Assembly (NCBI GenBank): GCA_963796055.1
Contig: CAWCKH010000001.1
Coordinates: forward strand, 256,001 to 320,000
DNA from: an uncultured delta proteobacterium
GTDB taxonomy: Bacteria; Myxococcota; Myxococcia; Myxococcales; Myxococcaceae
Direction of reading: 5' to 3'
Length of the DNA: 64,000 nucleotides
The notes under the pieces are model-generated. The model was not told the origin of the DNA, did not search any database, and saw only the letters and a program-made list of their open reading frames with translations. Positions 33,424 through 43,623 of this stretch are shown here, piece by piece. A program made the position numbers and the translations under genes. How positions within the stretch are numbered: the first letter of the stretch is position 1; each line of letters starts with the position of its first letter.

Positions 33424-34908
33424 ATGTCCCAGCCGCACGTGGTCATCGTCGGTGGCGGGTTGGCCGGCCTCTCTGCCGGGTGCTACGCGCGGGCGTCCGG
33501 ATTTCGCACCACGGTGGTGGAGCACAACATCGCCCTGGGTGGGGTCTGCACCGCCTGGCCCCGCGGTCCGTACACCGTCGATGGCTGCATCCACTGGCTG
33601 ACCGGTGGTGCCTTCGCCCCGCTGTATGAGGAACTGGGCATCGTCCCGCCGGTTCGGCTCCACGTGCTGAAGGAATGGACCGCCTACCGTGACGCGCGGA
33701 ACGGCCGGACCCTGCACTTCACCCGGGACCTCGACGGGCTCGCCCGCGGGCTGAGCGCGCTCGCGCCCGAGGATGGCGCGGAGATCGATCGGATCGTCGC
33801 CGGTGCCCGCAGGGTGGCCGAGCTGAAGCACCCCCTGGATCAGGACCACCGCACGTTCTGGGACCAGATCGCCGAGTTCTGGCAGATGCGCGACGAGCTG
33901 GGGACGGTGATGCACTTCCGGAAGCCGCTCGCGCTCTACGTTCGCGAGCACCTTCGCTCCCCGGTGCTCCAGCGGATCTTCACCCAGCTGCTACCACCCG
34001 AGGCGCCGGCGCTCTTCCTGCTCATGGTCCTGGGATATCTGGAGGCCGGCCATCTCTCGCGTCCCATCGGTGGAACTGCAGCCTTCCGCGACGCTCTCAT
34101 CGCCAGCTACCAGCGGCTCGGGGGAGAGATCCAGCTCCACGCCACGGTGGACGAGGTCCTGATCGAGGAGCACGAGGCACGCGGCGTCCGGCTGTCGGAC
34201 GGCAGCTTCGTGATGGCCGACGCGGTCATCTCCACCTCCAGCATGCCGGAGACGGTGCTCCGCCTCCTCGGCGGCCGGTTCGGGGGCGACGACGTGCGGG
34301 CGAAGCTGGCGCGGTGGCGCACCTTCCAGCCGGTGGTGCTGGCGAGCTTCGGCATTGCCCTTCCGCTCTCCGACCTTCCCTCGCTGATGGTGCTGGACCG
34401 GGTGGAGCCGTTCGAGGTCGGCGACGTGGTGAACGACGCGCTGTACGTCCGGGTCTGCAACGACGACACCAGCTTCGCCCCCGCGGGCCACACCGTCATC
34501 CAGGCCATGCTCGGGTCGAATTACGAGTGGTGGGCCACCCGCGGCGCCCGGTACACCGCCGAGAAGGACAACGTGGGGGACGTTGCGGTCGCGCAGCTGG
34601 CGAAGCAGATCCCGGGGCTGGCCGGCGCGGTCCGGATGGTGGACATTGCCACCCCGCTGACGTTCTGGAGCAGCGCGCGTGCCTGGCGCGGAGCCTACGA
34701 GGGCTGGCTCCCCAGCTCCGAGTCGTTCTTCGGTCAGGTGCGGAAGACCTTGCCCGGGCTGCACCGCTTCGTCATGGCCGGCCAGTGGGTCGAGCCCGGC
34801 GGCGGTGTGCCCACCGCGCTCCTCAGCGGCCGGCAAGCGGTGCAGCTGCTCTGCACCGAGCTCGACGTGCGGTTCCGGCTGCCACCGCCGGGAGCCAGTC
34901 TCGCGTAG
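33424..34908 (+). CDS. Phytoene-desaturase-like FAD oxidoreductase
   Basis: IVGGGLAGL, GGVCTAW, DGCIHWL, ATPLTF, AGQWVEPGGGVP. Confidence 0.85.
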   Translation: MSQPHVVIVGGGLAGLSAGCYARASGFRTTVVEHNIALGGVCTAWPRGPYTVDGCIHWLTGGAFAPLYEELGIVPPVRLHVLKEWTAYRDARNGRTLHFTRDLDGLARGLSALAPEDGAEIDRIVAGARRVAELKHPLDQDHRTFWDQIAEFWQMRDELGTVMHFRKPLALYVREHLRSPVLQRIFTQLLPPEAPALFLLMVLGYLEAGHLSRPIGGTAAFRDALIASYQRLGGEIQLHATVDEVLIEEHEARGVRLSDGSFVMADAVISTSSMPETVLRLLGGRFGGDDVRAKLARWRTFQPVVLASFGIALPLSDLPSLMVLDRVEPFEVGDVVNDALYVRVCNDDTSFAPAGHTVIQAMLGSNYEWWATRGARYTAEKDNVGDVAVAQLAKQIPGLAGAVRMVDIATPLTFWSSARAWRGAYEGWLPSSESFFGQVRKTLPGLHRFVMAGQWVEPGGGVPTALLSGRQAVQLLCTELDVRFRLPPPGASLA

Positions 34909-35240
34909 GACCGGGTGGACCAAGGTCCCGAGTGACCAGGGTTCTCCGCATGCGCTGCGCCGCGCGCCGGGCTTTCGGCCTGTAGAAATCTGTAGTCATC
35001 CAAACGACCCATCCGTTTCTGTTCAGGTCGGGAGCGAAGCGTCCGCTCGCTGAGCCGAAAGTTCCCCGTGACACCTGAACAGGCTGACGCGGTTCTGAAC
35101 GCGTGGCCATGTCAGGCCGCCGGCTGCGTGGACACCGTTCCTCCGTGAAGGAGCGGCCAGCGCTCAGCCGGGGAGTGCCGTGCTCCAGCGCGCCCCACCC
35201 CGCTCCGGCGTGCGTTTCCGCCAGCCGGGCGGTCGACCCG

Positions 35241-36368
35241 TCATCCGTTGATGGCGACTCCGAGCAGACGTCCCACACCGTAGGTCAGCGCGGCGGCAGC
35301 CATCCCCAGCACGAGCTGACGCGTGCCACTGCGGAGCACGGACTTTCCGGTGAAGAGAGTGATGGCAGCCCCGATGCCGAAGAGCCCCAGGGCGCTGAGG
35401 ACCAGGCTGGCCACCAGGGCCCGGCTCCCCTCGAGGAAGAAGAACGGAAGGACGGGGATGACCGCTCCCAGGGCGAACAGCGCGAAGGATGTCGCCGCGG
35501 CCGTGATCGCCGAGCCACCCAGTTCCTGGGGATCGATGCCCAGCTCCTCGCGCCCGAGCACGTCCAGCGCCGCTTCCGGCCGGGAGATGAGCTCGCGGCT
35601 CAGGGTCGAGGCTTCCTCGGCGCCGAGGCCCTTGGCCCGGTAGAGCAGCTCGAGCTCCTCCCGTTCGTCCTCGGGATCGAGCTCGATCTCGCTCCGCTCG
35701 GTCTCCAGCTCGCGTTCGGCCAGCTCGCGGGAGCTGGTGACGCTCACCCACTCGCCGAGCGCCATCGAGGCGGAACCCGCCAGCAGTCCCGCCACCCCGG
35801 CGAGGAGGACGGCCTTGCCCGACGGAGCAGCACCGGCCACGCCCATCACCAGGCTGAGGTTCGAGCAGAGCCCGTCGTTGGCACCCAGGACCGCCGCGCG
35901 GAGGGCGTTCCCGCCGACGTTACGATGACGCCCTTCCAGCCGTGCAACCTCGCTCCCTCCCGCGCCCCGGCCCGAACGAGCCAGCGCGCCCAGGAGCCGG
36001 GAGTGCATGCGCTCCTGGGCCGGCATCTTGGTGCCCGACGCTTCCCGCTGGCTGTCGTAGCCGGTCCGACCGGCGTGCTCGTCGCTGGCGACGGTGGCCA
36101 GGATCGCCTCGGATCCGAACCGGCGCGCCAGCCAGATGAGGATGCGGGCGCGGGTGGAGAGGCGGCGTTCGCCGGGAGGAACGCCGGCATCGCGCATCCG
36201 CTGCTCCCAGAACGCCGCATGCTTCTCCTCCATCCCCGCCAGGTCCCGGTACACCTGGGCGACTCCGGGGCGCGGCTCCCCTTCGGCCATCGCCCGGTAG
36301 CGCGCGGCGCTGTCGATCTCCTCCTGCCAGTTGGCACGGTAACGGCGAACGTCGTCCTGGCCGGTCAT
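35241..36368 (-). CDS. VIT1/CCC1 transporter with an N-terminal ferritin-like domain
   Basis: EID...Y, EEKH, ERMH; LRAAVLGANDGL, SMALGEWVSV. Confidence 0.88.
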   Translation of the reverse strand: MTGQDDVRRYRANWQEEIDSAARYRAMAEGEPRPGVAQVYRDLAGMEEKHAAFWEQRMRDAGVPPGERRLSTRARILIWLARRFGSEAILATVASDEHAGRTGYDSQREASGTKMPAQERMHSRLLGALARSGRGAGGSEVARLEGRHRNVGGNALRAAVLGANDGLCSNLSLVMGVAGAAPSGKAVLLAGVAGLLAGSASMALGEWVSVTSSRELAERELETERSEIELDPEDEREELELLYRAKGLGAEEASTLSRELISRPEAALDVLGREELGIDPQELGGSAITAAATSFALFALGAVIPVLPFFFLEGSRALVASLVLSALGLFGIGAAITLFTGKSVLRSGTRQLVLGMAAAALTYGVGRLLGVAING

Positions 36369-38626
36369 TCGAGGGAGGACCCTCCGGCCGCGGACGCGCG
36401 GGCGTACCACTCCACGAGCACCGTTCCGAGCGCCGCACGGGTGATGACTCCTTCCCCCGTCGGCTCCGTGGGAACGATCAGCGCCGGTGCGTCGGCAGCG
36501 AAGCACTGGGCGACGAGTTGAGCAAACGTCGCATCCGGGGCGACACGCGGAACCAGGCGCACCAGGTCCGCTGCCACCAGCATGCGCTGGAGCTGCTCAT
36601 CGTGGAGGAAGTCACGAACGTGCTCCAGCAAGACGACGCCGGTCGCTTTCCCCTCGGCTGAGTGCACGATGACCACGTCGCTGGCCGACGTTGCCAGGCT
36701 GTCGACCAGTACGTCCATCGTGGCGCCCCCGGTCAGAACGGGGGCCGGACGGACCAGGTCCCTTGCGCGGACGTCGTCAGGGCCAATCGGCGAACGACCC
36801 TCGACCTTCGGGCCTGGTTCGGCGCCGACCGCCCGGGCGTGCGCGCGGATGAGATCGGTGATGGTCAGAACCCCCACCACGCGAGAAGCTGTTCGCTCGT
36901 CGAGCACCACCAGCTGCCGCACGCCCTTCTCGCTCATGCGAACGACGGCACGCGCAAGCGGCACGTCGGCCAGGATCGTCTCCACGTGCTGAACGAGCTG
37001 GGAGATGGGGGCCGCCGCAGGAGCGACCCGCAGCGAGGCCAGAGGCACCGCACCGAGCAGGTCTCCCCGGTCATCGAGCACCGGCAGGATCTGGAACGTC
37101 CTTGCCGCAAGCGCTTCCCGCACCTCCCCCGCCGCTCCTTTCGCCTGCACGGACACCACCGCGGTAGTCATCGCACCCGCGACCGTCAGCTGGTCCAGCG
37201 GATGGAACCTCGGCGAGGCGTGAGGGAGGAAGACGCCGTCCTGCTCGAGCAGGGCCTCGTAGATAGGAGTCGCTCGATATTGGCGTGCCAGGACGTAGGC
37301 CGTCATGTTCGCCAGCATCAGAGGAAGAATCAGGCCATAGCCTCCTGTCATCTCGAAGATGATCAGGACGGATGTGATGGGCGCGCGGATGACACCAGCG
37401 AACACCGCCCCCATCCCCACGAGGGCGAACGCCCCGAGCTGGCGCTCCTCGTGATGGAAGGCCGCGACATCGAGGTACCCCACCGCCCCGCCAAGCATGG
37501 CGCCCACGAAGAGGGCCGGGGCGAAGATGCCGCCGGCACCGCCACTGGAGTAAGAGAAGACAGTCGCGATCAGCTTGACCGCGCAGAGCGCGAGCAAGGC
37601 GGTAAGTCCCAGCTGCCCGCCAAGGGCTCGTCCCAGGGTCTGGTAGCCGCCGCCGGTGACTCCTGTCGTGCCGAAGAACTTCATCACCAGCACTGCGAGG
37701 ATTCCGGTGACCAGCCCCCCGACTGCTGGCTGAGACCACATCGGGAGCGCCGAGAAGGTCCGAAACCGCTCCCTCAGCCTGAGCAGCCCGTCGGTGAAGA
37801 CGATCGACACCAGGCCTCCGGCGAGGCCCAGCAGCGCGTAGAAGACGAGCGACGAGGCATGCTCGAGCCCGTATTGCTGCTGCACCTCGATGATCGGGTG
37901 GACTCCGAGAACGCCGCGCTCGATGACCGCCGCGAGCGCCGCCGCGACCACGACGCCGGAGAGCACGGCGTGGTCCAGGGACCCGACGATCTCCTCGATG
38001 GTGAACGTCACCGCAGCGATGGGCGCGTTGAAGGCGGCCGCGATGCCCGCGGCCACTCCGACCGGCAGGAGGCGGCGCATGTTCTTTGCTGGCAGCGCCG
38101 TCAGCCGCCCCAGGAGGCTCGCGGCACCCGCGCAGATCTGGGCCGTGGGCCCCTCGCGGCCCAGCGATGCACCCGAACCGATCTGGAGAATGCCCACCCA
38201 GAACTTGCCAAATGCATCTCGAAAGCGAACGCGTCCACCCTCGAGCGCAAAGGCGGCCTTGACCTGTGGGATCCCGGAACCTCGCGCCCCCGGGACGAGG
38301 AACGTGAGGATCGCGCCAGAGACCAGGCCACCGACGGTTGGAGAGATGACCGTCCACGCCATCCAGCTGTTGCCCGGCGCGCGGAGCGCCCGTTCGATCA
38401 AGAGCGACTCTGCCGCCATGATGCCCAGGTGAAAGGCAACGGCGACCAGGCCGCACACCACACCGACGGCCACCGTCAGCGCAAACAGGTGCTGCGACTC
38501 GGTGGGGAAGTGACGCTGCAGCAGCGCGCCAGCTCTTTCGCGGATCTGTGAACCGCTGACTCGCACGCGTTGCGACACGGCGCGCAGTTGTGCGAACAGC
38601 GCCAGAGGCCTGGAGTCACTCCCCAT
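36365..38626 (-). CDS. ClC-family Cl-/H+ antiporter with CBS domains
   Basis: GSGIP, GREGP, FNAP, GIFAP; C-terminal CBS repeats. Confidence 0.9.
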   Translation of the reverse strand: MGSDSRPLALFAQLRAVSQRVRVSGSQIRERAGALLQRHFPTESQHLFALTVAVGVVCGLVAVAFHLGIMAAESLLIERALRAPGNSWMAWTVISPTVGGLVSGAILTFLVPGARGSGIPQVKAAFALEGGRVRFRDAFGKFWVGILQIGSGASLGREGPTAQICAGAASLLGRLTALPAKNMRRLLPVGVAAGIAAAFNAPIAAVTFTIEEIVGSLDHAVLSGVVVAAALAAVIERGVLGVHPIIEVQQQYGLEHASSLVFYALLGLAGGLVSIVFTDGLLRLRERFRTFSALPMWSQPAVGGLVTGILAVLVMKFFGTTGVTGGGYQTLGRALGGQLGLTALLALCAVKLIATVFSYSSGGAGGIFAPALFVGAMLGGAVGYLDVAAFHHEERQLGAFALVGMGAVFAGVIRAPITSVLIIFEMTGGYGLILPLMLANMTAYVLARQYRATPIYEALLEQDGVFLPHASPRFHPLDQLTVAGAMTTAVVSVQAKGAAGEVREALAARTFQILPVLDDRGDLLGAVPLASLRVAPAAAPISQLVQHVETILADVPLARAVVRMSEKGVRQLVVLDERTASRVVGVLTITDLIRAHARAVGAEPGPKVEGRSPIGPDDVRARDLVRPAPVLTGGATMDVLVDSLATSASDVVIVHSAEGKATGVVLLEHVRDFLHDEQLQRMLVAADLVRLVPRVAPDATFAQLVAQCFAADAPALIVPTEPTGEGVITRAALGTVLVEWYARASAAGGSSLE

Positions 38627-38716
38627 GGTCCTCGTCCGGCTTTCCGCTGGGCCTCTGCAGTACCCGAGGTCCGACCGTATGGCTACCCTCGCGCATCCGC
38701 CGAAGCCGCGCCTTGG

Positions 38717-39223
38717 TCATGGCGAGGGGCCCAATGTCCTCTCCCGCGCCACGGAGTGTCGGAGTCGTTCCAGCACATCCCGCGCCGCAGCCAGTTGACC
38801 GGGGGGGAGGTCACGGAGCATTCGAGAGACCGCGGACTCGACGGTCCCTCGATGGTGCCGGTCAATCCGCGCTCCTCGAGCGGTCAGGGCCAAGAGGACA
38901 CGACGACCGTCGCCAGGGTCCCGACGGCGACGGACCAGCCCTGCCCGGCCGAGACGCATGACGACCCCGGTGACCGTGCTGGGATGCAGACGCATCGCCG
39001 AGGCAAGAGCGCCAGCAGGGAGTGGTTCGGACCGTCCAATGATGCGGAGGGCCAGCCTCTGCGGCCCGGTCACGCCCAGACGGAGCTGCATTCGCTTGGA
39101 GAGGACTCGCAGTTCCTGGTCCAACGCCCAGAGGACGCCCAAGAACTCCAGCGTTTCCGCCGACCCAGATCGAGTCGTCTTGTCCGCTCTTCTCTTGCCG
39201 GCGGGTACAGTGGCGAGCATCAC
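38717..39223 (-). CDS. MarR-family transcriptional regulator
   Basis: GVTGPQRLAL, HPSTVTG, DPGDGRRVLLALT. Confidence 0.85.
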   Translation of the reverse strand: MMLATVPAGKRRADKTTRSGSAETLEFLGVLWALDQELRVLSKRMQLRLGVTGPQRLALRIIGRSEPLPAGALASAMRLHPSTVTGVVMRLGRAGLVRRRRDPGDGRRVLLALTARGARIDRHHRGTVESAVSRMLRDLPPGQLAAARDVLERLRHSVARERTLGPSP

Positions 39224-39270
39224 CCGATTCCAATCGTGGACGTCGTTGGTGTACCAAGTATTCTAGCAAA

Positions 39271-39610
39271 ATGCTTCCGAAGCAGACCGAGCGAAATGCG
39301 CGCGGGGCGAAGACGATCCTGATCTGTGGCGCGGGCATCGCCGGTCCGACACTGGCGTACTGGCTTGCAGAGCACGGGTTCGAGCCCACGCTGTTGGAGC
39401 GAGCGCCCAGGTTACGGACCGGGGCGAACGGTTCTCATCGGTGAGGCTGCGTACTGCCCTTCCCTTCTCGCTGGGGAAGGGGCAGCTCTCGCGATGGCGG
39501 GGGCGTACCTCCTTGCGAGAGAGCTCGATCGCGCAGCTGGCGACCATGCCGCTGCCTTCGTTCGCTACGAAGGGCTTTACCGCCCATTCATCGAACGGAA
39601 GCAACTACGA
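39271..39610 (+). pseudogene. FAD-dependent monooxygenase pseudogene with a large internal deletion
   Basis: Frame A: ILICGAGIAGPTLAYWL...LLERAPRLRTG. It joins at GGGG (39421-39424) to frame B: RTVLIGEAAYCPSLLAGEGAALAMAGAY. Confidence 0.8.
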
Positions 39611-39639
39611 GGGAGCCGACGTCCATGGGCCCAGGAGCC

Positions 39640-40524
39640 TCACTGTTCGACGCGCGCCCGGCCGTGCTCCGCCGGCCGTGGTGAACTCGCCGTCCGCGGG
39701 TACGCTGCGGCGAGCACGACACCCAGCACCGTCGCGCCCACTCCGAGCGCCGCGTTCAGGAACGGGGGCGCGGTCAGCGCGATGCGGATGAGCACGGTGA
39801 CGACGGCGTAGCCCGAGCTCCGGAAGACATCCTCGTAGGTGAAGCTGTGGCGGAGCGAGAGGAAGACGATCAGCAGGTCGGCGAAGACCAGCACGGTGTA
39901 CAGCGAGTCGAAGAAGACGTCGTAGGCCTCGTCGCCCCCGCGCCCAAGCACGGCGCCGGCGATGCTCTGCGCCCCGAAAGACAAGAAGATGGCGAGGACG
40001 ATAAGGGCCACGGCCTCCTTCGAGGCAGTGAACTCCGCTTGCTCCGCCTCGTCGCTCTCGTGCTGCAGCTTGTAGAAGAGCCCGACGAGCGCGAACACCA
40101 GGACCGCGCTCGCGGCGTCGGCGACCATCGTCGGGACGAAGGGGCGCAACGTTTCCCAGCGGATTGGCTCGGAGGCGTGCACCAGCTCCTTGAGGCTCTG
40201 CCGCAAGAGGATGAGCGAGAGGATCTCGAACTGCCGCCCCATCGTCCGCCCCGCGCTCCCGGAGAGGCCAAAGACCAGTCCGAGCACCTCGACGACTAGG
40301 AGGAGGTTGAAGCCGAGACGGACGGCGTGGAAGTGGTTCGACGGAATCCACTCCATGGAGACGATGCCGAGGCGTCGGAGCTCGATGAGCACGAGTGAGG
40401 CGACGAAGATCGCGAGGAGCACGCTCGCGACGGTGCGCTGCGCGCGCGGAGCTTCCCAGCCCCGGTGGAGCCACCCGTAGATCCGGTGCGTCCAGGCGAG
40501 CGGGGGCGAGAGGGCCATGCGCAC
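39640..40524 (-). CDS. Hypothetical polytopic membrane protein
   Basis: About 8 hydrophobic segments; QFEILSLILLR. Confidence 0.65.
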   Translation of the reverse strand: MRMALSPPLAWTHRIYGWLHRGWEAPRAQRTVASVLLAIFVASLVLIELRRLGIVSMEWIPSNHFHAVRLGFNLLLVVEVLGLVFGLSGSAGRTMGRQFEILSLILLRQSLKELVHASEPIRWETLRPFVPTMVADAASAVLVFALVGLFYKLQHESDEAEQAEFTASKEAVALIVLAIFLSFGAQSIAGAVLGRGGDEAYDVFFDSLYTVLVFADLLIVFLSLRHSFTYEDVFRSSGYAVVTVLIRIALTAPPFLNAALGVGATVLGVVLAAAYPRTASSPRPAEHGRARVEQ

Positions 40525-40664
40525 CTCGTTCTAGTCGATCCTGAGGGGGCCCCATGCCAGAGCGACCGGGGCCTGGCGGCGTCGCCGATGCAGAGACGCC
40601 GAGCGTCAACGGCGGCGCGTGGGCATTGGCAGGAGCGACGACCCGCGCGTCGCGGTCCGTCCGT

Positions 40665-41111
40665 CTATTCGGCGCGGTTGACCTCGGCGGTGAACACGGC
40701 CCCGTGCGTTGGCGCGGCCATGCGTGCGCTGGGCTCGGGGGTGACGGTGAGCGTGAAGGTTCGATGGGGCGTCGTGGTGTCCAACTTCCCGACGAGATCT
40801 GCGTCGATCTTGAGCGCGCCCACATTCTGGATCTCGGCATTGCGTGGCTGGATCCAGACGACATAGACGGAGGCGTCAGAAGCAACCCTCGCCGGCTCGG
40901 ACAGGTGCTTCACTCGGACCTCGATCTGGGTGTTGTCGTTGGGGCCGGCCTTGGCCTGAACCGTCCCCTCACCGGAGGTGTTTGCGACGCTCGACTCCAT
41001 CGACTGCTTCGGCGCGCTTGCGCACCGCGCTTGGCTGAAGGCGAGCATGCCGACGGACGCCAGGGTCATCACGCGGATGGGACGGCGGAAGCTGCTTCGA
41101 ATGAATCGCAT
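40665..41111 (-). CDS. Secreted/lipoprotein hypothetical protein
   Basis: Signal-like N-terminus; YVVWIQP, QNVGAL, TVTPEP. Confidence 0.6.
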   Translation of the reverse strand: MRFIRSSFRRPIRVMTLASVGMLAFSQARCASAPKQSMESSVANTSGEGTVQAKAGPNDNTQIEVRVKHLSEPARVASDASVYVVWIQPRNAEIQNVGALKIDADLVGKLDTTTPHRTFTLTVTPEPSARMAAPTHGAVFTAEVNRAE

Positions 41112-41341
41112 GACACTCACCTCGCAAGGAGAGAAGAAAGGACGCACTATCCCCACCGCCGCAGGAACGTTCGGCACTCTCGCCCGCGCTCCGAGGAGGA
41201 GGTCGGCGAGCACGCGGGACAGTGCGCCGGACCGCTGCCAAAGGCAAGATACCGTTATGCTGTAGCGGCCGGACCCCTGTCGCTCGAGCGGCTGTCGGCG
41301 TTGCCTGTCCGCAGACCGCGGGCGCGCGTCGCTCGGAGAAG

Positions 41342-41605
41342 ACGCGCTGGTTTGCGCTGTCTACCCAGGCCGCGGCGACGCGCGCCGGAGTCAGCCACAA
41401 GCTGACCTTCCACGACTTGCAGCGTACCTACGGAGCGATGCTCATCGAGGCAGGCGTGGACATCTACACCGTCTCCCGGCTGCTCGGGCACCCCGATGTC
41501 CGCATCACGGCAGCGAAGCTCGGTCGGCACATCGGACGAGCACTCGTGCGGGAGCTTCCGCCCGTTCCGAGCCTCCGAAAACCGGCCGGAAGCGTGGATC
41601 AGTAG
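41342..41605 (+). pseudogene. Tyrosine integrase C-terminal remnant
   Basis: FHDLQRTYG (degenerate HxLR) and VSRLLGH...IT; the catalytic Tyr segment is missing; adjacent to the tRNA 3' end. Confidence 0.75.
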
Positions 41606-41699
41606 GAATCACGCCAACGCCACGCCAACGCGGCCGATGCACAAAATCGGCGTTTGGCGCAAATCTCGAAAATCCTCAGCAGTGGCGAGAAGTTTCGAG

Positions 41700-41772
<73 letters not shown>

Positions 41773-41944
41773 GGGCCCTTCTGCGGCCGCCCCTGGGAGG
41801 GCTGCCGAACGGGGGCAGGCTCATAGCGCAGCCGCGCCGCGGGCGCCAGTCCCCTGCCTCCTGGGCGTTCGCCTCGCCCGGTCGGGCAATCGGCCGTCGG
41901 CTGGCCCGTTTCTCCGGGCGCCGGACCACACGACGGAGCCAGCC

Positions 41945-42436
41945 ATGGTGGTTTCTCTCCTCCTGCTCGCGGCGCTCCTCGGCGCCCCGGATGCCGGCTC
42001 ACCAGGCGCCGATTCCCATTCCGCTCACGCCGCCGGGGTGGACCGCCGCGGTGACCAGGGAATGGGGTTCTCGCACCAGACCACGGCGCACCACTTCACC
42101 CTCACCGCGGACGGCGGGGTCATCTCCGCCGACGCGCTCGACCCGGCGGACACCGACACCCGTGACAACATCCGCGGCCACTTCGCCCACATCGCGAGGG
42201 CCTTCTCCACCGGGGACTTCCACCTCCCGATGTTCATCCACGAGACGATGCCGCCCGGCGCCGAGACCATGCAGCGGCTCCGCGCGAAGATCTCGTATCG
42301 GGCCGAGGACATCCCGGGAGGGGCCAAGGTGGTCATCCGCACCGCCAATCCGGAGGCGCTCGCCGCCGTCCACGACTTCCTCCGATTCCAGATCGCCGAC
42401 CACCGGACGGGGGACTCCCCGGACGTCCGGAGATGA
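41945..42436 (+). CDS. Secreted His-rich hypothetical protein
   Basis: Signal peptide; MGFSHQTTAHHF, HDFLRFQIADH. Confidence 0.7.
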   Translation: MVVSLLLLAALLGAPDAGSPGADSHSAHAAGVDRRGDQGMGFSHQTTAHHFTLTADGGVISADALDPADTDTRDNIRGHFAHIARAFSTGDFHLPMFIHETMPPGAETMQRLRAKISYRAEDIPGGAKVVIRTANPEALAAVHDFLRFQIADHRTGDSPDVRR

Positions 42437-43623
42437 CCGCGCCGGTCACCGCATCTCCGGGCCGCCGTGCTGCATCGGGGACCCTGGGGGGACACTCAGA
42501 TGGTCTGCTCGACCGGATCATGAGCCCCGCGCGCCCCTCCCCCGCCCCCGCGGGTCCCCTCCGCGCCCTCAGGGACCCGCGGCTGTGGATCTGGTCGTTC
42601 GCCGGCTGGACCGCGGTCGGGGTGTTCGTCCTCGCCCAGCGGGCCCTCTTCAAGTACTCGCTTCACGAGCCTCCCGGGCTGGACGATCTCGGACCCACCC
42701 TGGCCAGCATGTGGATCTGGGCGGCGTTCACCCCACCCATCTTCGCCCTCGCCGACGCCCTGCCCGTCAGCCGCTCCAACTGGCGGCGTCGTGTTCCGCT
42801 CCACGTGCTGCTGGGAATGAGCACGGCGGCAGCCGACACGGTGGTGAGCAACGGGATGCTCCGGCCGCTGCTCGGCTGGCCCGAGCGGAGCTACCTCACC
42901 TACCTCGCGAGCGAGCTGTTCGTCTGCACCTTCAGCTACGGGCTCCTGGTCGCCATCCGCCAGGCGATGAACGCGTACCGGCTCGCCGCCGAGCGCCGGC
43001 TGCGGGCCTCGGAGCTGGAGACCGAGCTGGCGCGGGCGCATCTCCGGGCGCTCCAGATGCAGCTCCGGCCCCACTTCCTGTTCAACGCCCTGCACACCGT
43101 GGCGGCGCTGGTCCGCGGCGGCGAGTCGCGCGCGGCGGTGCGCACGCTCTCCGAGCTGGGCGAATTCCTCCGCTGGGTGCTGGAGCAGGACGATGCACAG
43201 CTGGTCCCCCTCCGCCGGGAGCTGGACCTGCTCGACCGTTACCTGCGCATCGAGCAGATCCGCTTCCAGGACCGGCTGACCACGCAGGTCGACGTCGAGC
43301 CGCGCGCCCTCGAGGCGCTGGTCCCGGCGCTCATCCTCCAGCCGCTGGTGGAGAACGCCGTCCACCACGGGCTGGCCAGCGCCTCCCGGCCCGGACGGAT
43401 CGATGTCACCGTGCACGTGGACGCGCCGATGCTCTGCATCGAGGTCCGGGACAGCGGCGCCGGCCCCTCGCCGTCCGGGCGGCAGGGAATCGGCCTCGGC
43501 AACACCCGCGCGCGGCTGGAGCGCCTGTATGGCAGCGACCATCGCTTCGAGCTCCGTCCCTCCGAGGAGGGCGGCGCGGTCGCCCAGCTCCGCATCCCCT
43601 TCCGGCCGGCGGTGAGGTCGTGA
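42433..43623 (+). CDS. LytS/YehU-type sensor histidine kinase
   Basis: QLRPHFLFNALH, LQPLVENAVHHG, GIGLGNTRARL. Confidence 0.9.
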   Translation: MTAPVTASPGRRAASGTLGGHSDGLLDRIMSPARPSPAPAGPLRALRDPRLWIWSFAGWTAVGVFVLAQRALFKYSLHEPPGLDDLGPTLASMWIWAAFTPPIFALADALPVSRSNWRRRVPLHVLLGMSTAAADTVVSNGMLRPLLGWPERSYLTYLASELFVCTFSYGLLVAIRQAMNAYRLAAERRLRASELETELARAHLRALQMQLRPHFLFNALHTVAALVRGGESRAAVRTLSELGEFLRWVLEQDDAQLVPLRRELDLLDRYLRIEQIRFQDRLTTQVDVEPRALEALVPALILQPLVENAVHHGLASASRPGRIDVTVHVDAPMLCIEVRDSGAGPSPSGRQGIGLGNTRARLERLYGSDHRFELRPSEEGGAVAQLRIPFRPAVRS

